From Vicugna vicugna (lineage: Eukaryota): DNA of 64,000 nucleotides. Below the pieces are notes generated by a model, which had not been told where the DNA came from, ran no database searches, and saw only the letters and a list, made by a program, of their open reading frames with translations. The first letter of the stretch is position 1, and every line of letters starts with the position of its first letter. The position numbers were made by a program, and so were the translations under genes. Positions 53,576-64,000 of this stretch are shown one piece after another. The stretch is from NCBI GenBank assembly GCA_013265495.1, contig MU061579.1:5702963-5766962 (forward strand), written 5' to 3'.

Positions 53576-55204
53576 CTGACTGCCTTTTCATAAACAGTGG
53601 TGATAAAGTGGAACCAAATCAGGTTTCATTAAAAGAGCTGAATTGTCAACCATATATTTAGAAGTTTAACTTGAGTAGACCAAACAGTACAGTAAGAATA
53701 TCACTCAGGTCACATCCTTAAAGAGGGACAAGTGACCACAGTTCAAATTCCAGTGTAGCCCCAAGAGGATTACCATTTGATTCCATTATTTTGCCAATGG
53801 ATTCTTGCCCTCTGATGAAAAAAATTGTTAGTCCATGTCAGATATTCAGTGTGACCACTAAATGAAGAGTCACCATGACTCTTGATCAGAATTCATAGCC
53901 AAATAGTCACCCACTGTAAACACACATTGGCGAGAAGAACAATGTGGGTTAACAAATTTTATATTTGTTGATGACATCTGTAATTTGTTGATATTTGAAC
54001 CAAATCCCATTTCTCTTTTACACATTTCATTTTTCTCTATTGGCTTGTGGATTTATATGGTTTGATACTTTTACTTGCAGCCATCCATCTCAAATACTAT
54101 ATTCCTTCCTCTTTATTTCTACAGCCAAGATTTTTGAACACTGGATAGTGATAATGAGTTCCTAAATTTTAATATATATGTGCACAAAACCACCTTATTA
54201 TACCTTTTTTCATTATTATACCTTATATTGCAATGTATGTCGTCTATTCTAAGTAAAAATATCCCAAGAATATATGCACTGCAAGATAACAGATGAATGA
54301 ATATACACAATACGCATCCAACAACAGTCAATGTATATACCTGGTAAAAAATTACCTGTGACAGAGTGCTACACAATGAACCAGGTTAAATATCCCAAAT
54401 ATTTCCTGCATTCTCCTGCTTTCCTATGAAAATACAGCAAAGCATTATTACTAGGGAAAAATCAGAGCTGGGAAATGTGTCCGTGGGATAGGCGTGTCTG
54501 AGAAAGACACAGACAAAACCGTATTTGTCAGGCTTTCTTCTCATGCCCATGGAACTAATATGTAACAACAGAAGCAATAAAGGTAAATTTTGGATATGAC
54601 TATTTCATAAAAGCGATTTTAAAAAATATTTTTATCTTCTGTAAAATTGAGACATATGTACATCTGGTGTCAATTTTAAGTTTTCAGAAAATCTTACATG
54701 CCTTACAACTTCAAAAAGGATATATGAAGGCATAATGGAATATATCCTGAGGTTTTTTTTTTTAATTCTTTACTTATGTGAGACATGACTTAAATTTAAA
54801 GTAGCAAAAAATAAATTTAAAAAATATATTGATATTCACAGTTTCAGTGTTTTCTCTGAACCTTGTGGCTGCCTCTGCACTTAGATGCAACACTGTACAA
54901 GGCTGAAGGATCAGGAATTATAGAGCTGGTGACTGAAACAACCTCTTTTGTTGCATGTTTTGGCCATGCAATGTGTTTCAACCATATAATGAAAACTTTT
55001 CTACACTCATTACTTCCCCCACAATTCTCTCTCCCTTGCCTTTCCCCAGATTCCTCAGTTTGCTGTTTCATGATAAAAGACTTGAGTAATTGTCCCAGGT
55101 TTTCTATTTAGGAGCTCTGTACCCCTGAGTGTCAGTTCTTTAACCTACAAAATGATGATAACATCACCATCAGTTATTGTGAAGAATAAAGTAACATGTA
55201 AAAC

Positions 55205-55540
55205 TTACCTTAAAGTGTATATGAATAAATGTATGTACTGTGAAATGTTTACCACAATAAGGTTAAAGACATCCATCACCTCAGTTAGTGTTTGTGTGTG
55301 TGTGTGTGTGTGTACGGTGAGAACATTAACGATCTACTGTCTTAGCAATTTTCAAGTATATAATGCGTACTTGAAACTATAGTGGCCATGCTATATATTA
55401 GATCTCCAGAACTTACTCATCTTAGAGCTGGACATTTGTACCCTTTAACCAATATCTCCCCATCACCCCCATCCCACAGCCACTGGCAACCACCATTCTA
55501 CTCTTGCTTTCTATGAGTTCAGCTTTTTAAGATTTTATAT
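55205..55540 (-). mobile_element. L1MA-type 3' end with internal (TG)n, within a MIR remnant
   Basis: acatccatcacctca...ggtgagaacattaacgatctactgtcttagcaattttcaagta...tagatctccagaacttactcatctt...tggcaaccaccattctactc. Confidence 0.85.
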
Positions 55541-57675
55541 ACTCCAGCAAATGTTTATTAATAAATAAAATGATATTCTTGGTTGGAGAAACCAGTTCAA
55601 TGAAATTTCATTTTCTTTCATTATTGAAAATAGTAACTCCCTTATTTGGAATAATTAAATCAGCATCAAAATACTTCACACTTAAAAATGTGTCATCCTT
55701 TTAATCTCCATACAAAGCTAAATGCAATTTGAAATACTGATACATCCCCCAATCTGGATTCAAGGATGGTTGACAAAGTTTAGGAAACACAAACTTTGTC
55801 TTCTTTCCAATTTTACTTTGCCCCTGCTCTGCTTGCTTTTTTGTTAACAAAAGATGCATATGAAACACATCACAGTAGGTACGTGATACACTTTTTGACA
55901 TTAAAAATGAAACTCTGTGAATCATTAATTAAAATCAACAATATCAAACGTCTCTCTAGCTTTCTTGTTGCACTTGCTTTCTTTTCAATTTCCCTTTTTA
56001 AAATATATCAATATAAGTAAAGTATGAATAATTATGAATAAATAATAATCATTTTAATATTAATGATCATTTCTCTATATTCAGCAATTAAAGGAGATAT
56101 GCCATGTTCCTCAAGCCTCTTAATAGTACATACTGACAAATTACAGGGGTGCTTTGATGAACAAAAGTATCCAAAGATGCTAACTGTAACAAATTATAGC
56201 ACTGTTCTTAAAAAAAATTTAAAGGAACTTCAGCTACTGTTTAATATTCATTTAAAAGGTAAAATGTTCACTTTTGGAAATTTGACAAGACAGCTAAGCT
56301 ATTCTTGGTTTTAAATTACTTGGACCCCATTTTCCTTCTTATTCTAATAAGCTGATGTCAAAATATGTAAAAACAGCATAGACATTAATGCTAATAATTG
56401 GTTCCTAGAATCGGTGATGAAGAAAGATTTGAATTTGTATTCAGCCACAATCTTAACAGAACACTATTATTTTGGATTTGTTTGTTTGTTAGTAGAGCTA
56501 ATTTCAGAAGATAGCCTGATGTACTTATACTGGTATAGATTCATCAGGAAAGATAATGGCCAACCTACCACCATCTCCTTAAGTATAAACAGTATAGTCA
56601 TAGTAGATGCTTACCAAGATTCTAGGCACTTTTGAGCTATTTTAAGCAAAGAGTACTATCTTATGACTCAGATGGAAGACTCCTGAAAAGTAGCATTTTC
56701 TCATTACTCAGAATTCTTAGAGACATTTTCTTAAATGAATTGTATTAATTAGAGTCACTGCATTATTAGGTTCAAGGGCAGACAAAAATGTGTATTGTTT
56801 TATTTCCTGCACATTTTCATTCACAAAAGATTCTTCTTTATTTAAAAATAAAGTCTTAATAATTTTGAAAGGACATAGAAATTGGACATTTGTGCAAGAA
56901 TAAATGAGAAAAGCAGATTTTGGTGCCACACATGTTTATGCATAAATTGCATGAAGTTACCCCTTGTCAAACATTTTTTTTCCCTGGGACCAGCATCTCT
57001 TGCTTAAGTGAAGTAAGGGTATTTATATGTTGTTGTTGCTTTTTTGTTTTGTGTTTTTTTTTTAAGACAGTAAAATCTATCATGAGCTCAAAATGAACCA
57101 ATATAACTTGTAAATTATTTCAGCTGTAAGAGAAGAAACTCCTCTCTTACTCTCACCTGCAATTAAAATAACCAACAGAGCTAATAGAATAATTAATAGA
57201 GAAATAACGAATAGAACAGCACAATTCTGCTGGTACCAGAAGAAAAAGCTCTGTAAATCCCATGCAATGGTCAACATGTACTACTTACTTATCATTAGGG
57301 CAAAGGTGCACTGCTTTCTCTAGTGCTCAGAGCCATCTCCTGAGAAGTGGTTATATCTTCGTTGTTAAAGTAAAATTATTGAAGTTCATTCAGGTGCATT
57401 GTGCAGGTTGCTCAGCAAGCAGGAGAAAAAAGAGAATTCAAACCCAAACCTGCTGATTTCTCAACTCTATGTTAGCTTTCATGTCCCTAATATGAATAAG
57501 AGAATAGGTGTGATGAGTATAAATTTCTGAAGAGGATCAAGCATCTTAGGAAAGACGATTTAACATCTGAGGCAGACGAATGGGGGATTGAGAGACGCTC
57601 AAAATATAGGACTTTCAGAATCGCAACAGTGCCAGCTGACCAATGACATTTCTGATGCATTCATTCCAAAATATT

Positions 57676-57676
57676 C

Positions 57677-57717
<41 letters not shown>
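57676..57717. repeat. (CT)n/(CTGTCT)n microsatellite
   Basis: Directly visible. Confidence 0.9.
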
Positions 57718-59129
57718 AAACTCCCTCAGCTTTGGCTGCTCTGAATCTTTTTTGTTTTAATGATACTATAAAAAGTCTCCAAGCGTATGTGGTCATGTGC
57801 ATGAAATAGACTCCATTTTTAGTGTCTTCTGGCCAGGGTCAATATAGCCTCCACTAACAGACCAGTTGGGCTCATACTGACCCATATTTCTCTTGAAGAC
57901 TGTGCAGCGGAGCCACGGTAGTGTCACGGCAGGATCGTGGATCTGCTCTCCCTTGTTCTGATTGAACCTGACTTTCCTTAAATCTGCCAAGCATCAGTTT
58001 TACCACCTTCAAATATGTTATGACACTGTTTCAAAGGATTGTTGCAAGAATTGAAGATAATATTCACTAAACAAATAGCTCATAAGCTAAGTTTAATAAA
58101 ATGTTCATGAAATTTCCATGTTCAGTCCAGCTTTTTCCTATTTGTCCACCATTCTTTCCAAGGACTGTCATTTTTTTTTTGAGCCATAATTCAGGATAAT
58201 GTCAAAAACACTAGATTTTTTGCTGAAAGACAGACCTCTTGCCGTGGTGACAATATGTCATGTTTCTTTTATGTACAGTGTGCCCACTTTATTCATATTC
58301 TCTGTCTTTGGGAGACCCACAGGCACATTAAAATCATTGATTCTTTTCTTTAGAATTAGTTGTAATGTGTTTCATTGTGTCCCTCACTGTTATAATGCAC
58401 AAATAACTTTATAGTATATGTGCACATCTCTAGAACTCCTTAAGTCCACCACATTCAGAGAATGAGTAGGGTTCAAAAATAGCTTACGGTCATTTCCCAA
58501 AGCTCATTTCCCAAAACCATGGTATTGTGCATTCATTGACAAAATTGAAATTACATATTTCATTTCTTATTAGATAATGACTCCTTTGTTTTTCTTTCTT
58601 CTCCAGCATCCATTCTGTTAGAAGAAATCTTGTCTTGCCTGGTACTTTCACAGTTAAAGCTGATGCATTCGGTACAGACTGTCCAAGTCATTTTGTCTTT
58701 ACTTACAAAGGAAACCTACTGGGTGATGGAACGATGCTTTATAACACTAACAGTGCACTTCATTTGTAGTTATTAAACACTCAGCAGGCTCCTCACTACA
58801 CTGACATTTGTTCCCCAGTCAAGACTCCTGTTTGACATGGTCCCACTGTGTAAGGTGCCATTTACTGAAAATGAGAATTCAGCTTGAATAATTAATAAAT
58901 GTCACGATGCTCTCAAACAAACACATAACTTGATATATGAGAAATAAAATGCACAATCCGAGGACAAACAACACAACTTTCTTGTTTGGCTTGTTAAAGT
59001 TTATAAATGCTTAAGTGGACATCTGGCCCTGTCTTTTTCTCAGGACAAGAAGCTGCTCTGAAAAATCCCCAAAGGATGGTGAGATGGTATGAGTTTGGGC
59101 TAGCATACCAAGGGACAGGAACTTACAGG

Positions 59130-59260
59130 TTACTAGGTTATGAATTTTACACTAATATGAAGCTCTACCTCTGACACACTGTGTGCCTTTGGACATGTTA
59201 TTTGATCTCTGTAAGTCTCTAGTCTCAAAATCTGTAAAATAGGTATAGAAATGCATCTAG
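59130..59260 (+). mobile_element. MIR core
   Basis: ctgtgtgcctttggacatgttatttgatctctgtaagtctctagtctcaaaatctgtaaaatagg. Confidence 0.65.
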
Positions 59261-61415
59261 TCCTTCCCAAAGTGTAGCTAGCAAACCAACGGTGGAGCAA
59301 GAGATTATTTTAGAAGACATATTAATCACCTTAAATTTTCATATTTGTTTTATATTAATCAGGATTAGGAAACAATATGACTAGCCATAACGTACCCATT
59401 CTGTCAAGGGTAATAATTTTCAACAGGAGGCTAAAGTTAGTAGGAAAAAAAAAAGTAGGGTAAAGTAAGTAGGCTAAAGTAACTAAGTAAAGTAAGTAGG
59501 AAGTCTATGTGAACTTTTAAAAAATGTACTAAGTAAATAATAGTAGAGGTGATCTACGGAAATGGAAAATTCACTGCATTTGTACATGGCAATTTATTAG
59601 GAAGCTTTTGAAAACTTTCTGGCATAACGAAAATTGTTATTGTTGCTGTGCGTGGTGGTGGTGATAGTAGTGAAATAGTAGGAATAGGACATTGAGGGGA
59701 AGTCTGCTTCCAGTTATTGGTTTTGTTTCTGATTTTTGTTTTGTTTTCTTTCTACCCACTTATTCCTTGCAGAAGATTCAAAATAATCCTACAATATCAT
59801 AACAAAAAATAAAGAAGCTACATTTTACACATTAAATTCTTTCATGTTTGATGACTATCATTGCCACCCACATCTACAACTCCAAGCTACTGACCACACA
59901 CAGCTGCCAAGCTATCCTGTCCAAGAGGCTCAATGGACAGTTAACTCCCAGGGCTAAAGCAACTCAAGAGAAAGGCTAAAATTCTAAATGATATGCTTCA
60001 TATATAAAAACTTTTTAGTCCAAAAGAGTTTTTTTTTTGTCACCTATCATTTCATTTGATTTTTACAATGATAATAGAGGAAGACAGGTAATAATATGCC
60101 CATTTCTAACAAATGAGAAAAATGAGACCGGGTGGACTTAAATGCATTACCAAAATTTACACAAGTTGTACTGGAAAAAGAATTCTCTCTCATTTTAAGG
60201 GAAAAGTAATGTTAGAGTTTTATTTGTAATAAAACCTAGAAAAAAGTTGAAAAATAACTTAGAAAGATTTTATATTTTTACAGCAATTTTTTCCTTAAGT
60301 TTAATTTCTTTGTCAAAAAACAAAATTTTATTTTGAAGATAAATATATTTTTATAAGTGGACAACAGTCTGTGATACAAATACAGTTAGAGTCTGAAAGT
60401 AATTTTTTTTCAGGAGTAATGAAACAAAGCAATTAGAGCACTGAATCTTAGATTTCACAGGATTCTTAGAGAACTTATAGACCCATACTTCAAATTACAT
60501 TAGCAAATACTAATAATTATTTAATTATTATTAAATTAATTAAATTGCATAAAATTAGGTGCATCCTGAGGAAATAGTGTTTGCAGATTTGCCCCTTTGC
60601 TACCCAGTCAGCCTGAGATCTTTACGCACATGAACAAATAGCTGTCATTAGTATACCTCACTTTTCCCCAAGGAAGAGGCAGAGATAGTTTGGTTGAATT
60701 AGCTGAGAGTCCAAAACATTAATTCAAGTATCTAAACACTGATTCTTCATGGATAAGTAATTCCTCACGTTATGCTATGGCATTGATCTGAGTGATGGTC
60801 CCTTGTTTAACCTAATTAATTCCTCCTATCCCACCTTTACACCTGTTGCTTGAGGAACATTCAGAGGAGGGCCCCAAGACTTTCCATTTTTGAAGATTAT
60901 CCAGTTTTTGTATGTTTGCATTTTACATATCTATATATACATATTTAAGTTTAAGTTTCACTACTTCATCTACCCTGCAAACATGTTCACCTTTTGTGAT
61001 AATATCTTTAGGTGATTTTCTTCAACACATAAAGCCAGGAAGATCTTCCTTTTGAGGCTAGGATCTTGAAGTTGCATTCACCTTCTCCATTTTCAAAACT
61101 GAATATCATTAAGTATTTGAAGAACCTTAGGCAGATGACATCAGTCCATCCTCCTTTAAGCAAGAATGGAACTAAATTATTAAATACAAAATTTTAGCTT
61201 CAAAAGGACACAATTACAATAAGAACTACATTTATTGTGAGATACAATGTGCTAGGTACTACTCTAAGAACTTCACATAATTTAACATAACATCAATAAA
61301 TAAGTACTCTCATGATCTACATTTTATTGATATGGTTACATGATTTAGTTGAATAAATATAGTACAATATGGTTAAATGATTTACCTAATATTTCATACT
61401 TGTTGAGTGCTAAGT

Positions 61416-61924
61416 TATCATAGGCAGAATTACTACCTGCAGATACGTATGTTCTAGTCCCTGGATCCCGTAAACAAATGTTACACAGGTGACAAGGGGG
61501 AGACTTGATTTCATACGGAATTGATGGGGCTAATAGGCTGACTTTAAGATAGGGAGAAGATCCTGGATTATTCAGGGGGACTCAATATAATCACAAGGAT
61601 CCTTAAAAGCAGCAGGATGCAGAAGAAAAGTCAGTGTCAGAGTGATGCCACGTGAGAAGGAATTAACAATCCATTCCTAGTTTAGAAGATGGAAGATGGC
61701 CATGAGCCAAGGCATGCAGGCAGCTTCTAGAAGCTGGAAAAAACACAAATATGGATTTTCCCCTCTAGCCTCCAGGAGCAATGTTGCCCTGCTAGGACAT
61801 TGATTTTAACCCATGGAGACCCATGCCAGACATCTGATCTCTAGAACTGTATGATAATAAATTTGTGTTGTTTTAAGCCACTAAAATTGTGATAATTTGA
61901 TATAGCAGGAATAGAAAGCTACCA
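61416..61924 (+). mobile_element. MaLR LTR (MLT1D-like), adjacent to a minus-strand MIR (about 61225-61415)
   Basis: gatagggagaagatcctggattattcaggg...atcacaaggatccttaaaag; ccatgagccaaggcatgcaggcagcttctagaagctggaaa; ataataaatttgtgttgttttaagccactaa. Confidence 0.9.
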
Positions 61925-61954
61925 TGCCGGTTAAGAACTGCATTTATTTATACT

Positions 61955-62075
61955 GTCATTCATTCATGAAATCTTTAAGTTTCTGTAATATGTCAGGAAC
62001 TCTTCTAGTTCCTTGGGATACACCAGTGAACAAAACAGGTAAAATACATTTCCATGCGTCTTATATTTTGTTGGA
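61955..62075 (-). mobile_element. L2 3' end
   Basis: tcattcattcatgaaatc...tatgtcaggaactcttctag...gggatacaccagtgaacaaaacag. Confidence 0.65.
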
Positions 62076-62190
62076 TGTGAGGCGGGAATGAGGCCAACTG
62101 CAGTCAAGTATTCATGCTATGTTATCCTGTCTCTGAATAAATGTTGGAAAGAATGTACTCCCCATCTAAAACTTAGCAGTTGTATTAAGA

Positions 62191-62192
<2 letters not shown>

Positions 62193-62227
<35 letters not shown>
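62193..62227. repeat. (CA)n(TA)n microsatellite
   Basis: Directly visible. Confidence 0.95.
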
Positions 62228-62228
<1 letters not shown>

Positions 62229-63246
62229 TTTTTAAGCAGTAGAAATGTATTTATATCTTATTAAGATGCACTTAGAATCTCCTATCAAGACATATTTACA
62301 ATCCCTGGTTTAACCCACTGATTTTTGTTCTATTTGGGTCCTGCTGATGCAGGTGCCAGGGATAGAAAGAAAGTAACTTTTAAACATTTTCATGGCTCAA
62401 ATTAATTTTAATAGATAGCGCTAATAAATTTAGTTTATTCGAATACAGCATGACAGAGCATCTAAACAATTAATTCTTATGAAGACATAAAATCCTAGCT
62501 TTTGAAAATTTGGAGGAAATACATCAGTATAATAATGAAAAAATGAATACTGAGCTTCTTAAATACCAGGAAAACATCAAAACATATCTTGTTGATAAAT
62601 TTGATGGAACTATTATATTTTAAATATTAAAAAAAGTGATGAAATGTCATCCTGAGGCAGTTATCTGATGGGTCTTGCTGTTAGACATTCTGCAGACCTC
62701 ATAAATCATGAGTCCAGTTTTAACTACACCTAAGTTCCTATAGATTTACCCATTTTTTCCATATATGCCATGAAAATTGCTGTGTGTTTGAAAAATTTAC
62801 ACCATTCAATAAGTGGAAATATATTTTATGGAAGGAGGAGAAACTGATAGAAGATAGATTCATGAAAGACATGGGAATAGCACAAGGCATAAACAACCAC
62901 AAGTGTCTGAGGCTTTTCTCTGAGCTCACACAAATTTGCAGTCCTTTGAAAATAATGCTTATTGTCTTGCGTGTTTAGCACTCATAGCTTTTAGCTGAAA
63001 TGAAAAAATGAAAATGGAAAAAAAAAAACCCTAGGATTCTCTTTTTGAGCATTTTTCCTGTAGAGATTCATTGTTTAAAACTGAGGAAAAAAATACATTT
63101 ACACAATTTTAGTAACCAAAATTTAACATAAAAACATAGTTTGCAAATTACTAAATAGGTATCTGACTCTTTAAATAAATGATAAACTTTTATAGTGATT
63201 TTCTTTTTAATTCCACGAGGTTCGTTCTTTCTCTGTTTGCAGTGCA

Positions 63247-63435
63247 CAGTTGACCCTTGAACAACACAGGTTTGAACTGAGCAGGCTGAACTTGGTGCAG
63301 TTAATTTTCAGTAGTCAGAATTACAGCACTACATGGTCTGTAGTTGGTTGCATCCACAAATGCCGGGCAACAGTGGATACAGGCCAACTGTAAGTTATAT
63401 TCTAATTCACTCCCTTGCTGTCCAAGGATTAACTG
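63247..63435. mobile_element. TcMar-Tigger MITE (MER8/Tigger2-like)
   Basis: Terminal inverted repeats cagttgacccttgaacaac ... gctgtccaaggattaactg, followed by TA. Confidence 0.85.
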
Positions 63436-63535
63436 TATATTTAATGATTAGGTGTCAACCACTGTGAAAAATGCTGGAGAACAAAAGAGTGGGGCAGTCT
63501 TTGCAGTCTTTATGCTTTGGGAGTTTGGTCCAGTA

Positions 63536-63813
63536 CAATGGTTTTTAAACAGCGTACGTGTGTTGTGGGGGGAGAGACTTTTGTTTTCCAGCCACCTCCC
63601 TACTCCCCACCCCTCACCCTCCACCCAGGGGAATTTGGCAGTATCTGGGGATATTTCTTCTTATTGCAACTTGAGGGAAGAGAAGGTGCTACAATCAGGT
63701 AGTGAGTACATGCTAGGAGTGCTGTTAAACATCCCACAGTTCATAGAACAGGCTCCCACAACAAATAATGATCAAAACCAAAATGTCAACGGGGCTAAGG
63801 TTGGGAGACTCTG
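63536..63813. mobile_element. hAT-Charlie MITE (MER20-like)
   Basis: ccaggggaatttggcagtatctgggga...gctgttaaacatcccacag...caaaatgtcaacggggctaaggttgggagactctg. Confidence 0.85.
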
Positions 63814-64000
63814 ACTGCAGAGCAATACGTGACTGAAAGTCAGAGTTAGGTCTAGGAATACGAACGAACCTTTGAGATGCTCTTTCCAAGGATATCACCT
63901 AAAATGTACCTAATTCTGACTAGTTATTGTGGGCTTAGACTAAGAATAAAAGATAGGGGGCATTGGATTAAGACACCTGGACTCAATTCTTCTATCACTC

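Noticed and set aside
63452..63814. Longest ORF (120 aa)
   Set aside because: Non-ATG start and almost entirely within a MER20-like MITE
1..64000. CRISPR arrays, operons, rRNA/snRNA genes, processed pseudogenes
   Set aside because: Mammalian repeat-rich DNA; no regularly spaced repeat-spacer array, structural RNA gene or mRNA-derived copy was recognised by eye

Overview
AT-rich, CpG-depleted eutherian genomic DNA with no CpG island and no protein-coding gene I can recognise. The ORF track is noise or repeat-derived. The tRNA-Ala(AGC)-derived SINEs and the young L1 3' ends look camelid (alpaca/camel type; inference from memory), and I saw no Alu, Bov-tA, PRE-1 or SINEC elements. The window is a layered transposon landscape: MaLR (MLT1) and MLT2 solo LTRs, two ERV-type LTRs, a fragmented ERVL pol region with nested insertions, old and young L1 pieces (several with target-site duplications, TSDs), L2, MIR, Tigger/Charlie MITEs and microsatellites. 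LTRs lie in both orientations, which fits intergenic DNA better than an intron. I found no convincing novel biological system. The most interesting observations are local: inverted patches inside LTRs, an intact solo LTR promoter, a direct-repeat-bounded CpG-retaining segment, and weak candidate exon chains. Repeat family names come from recalled consensus sequences, not a database search, and boundaries of old elements are approximate.
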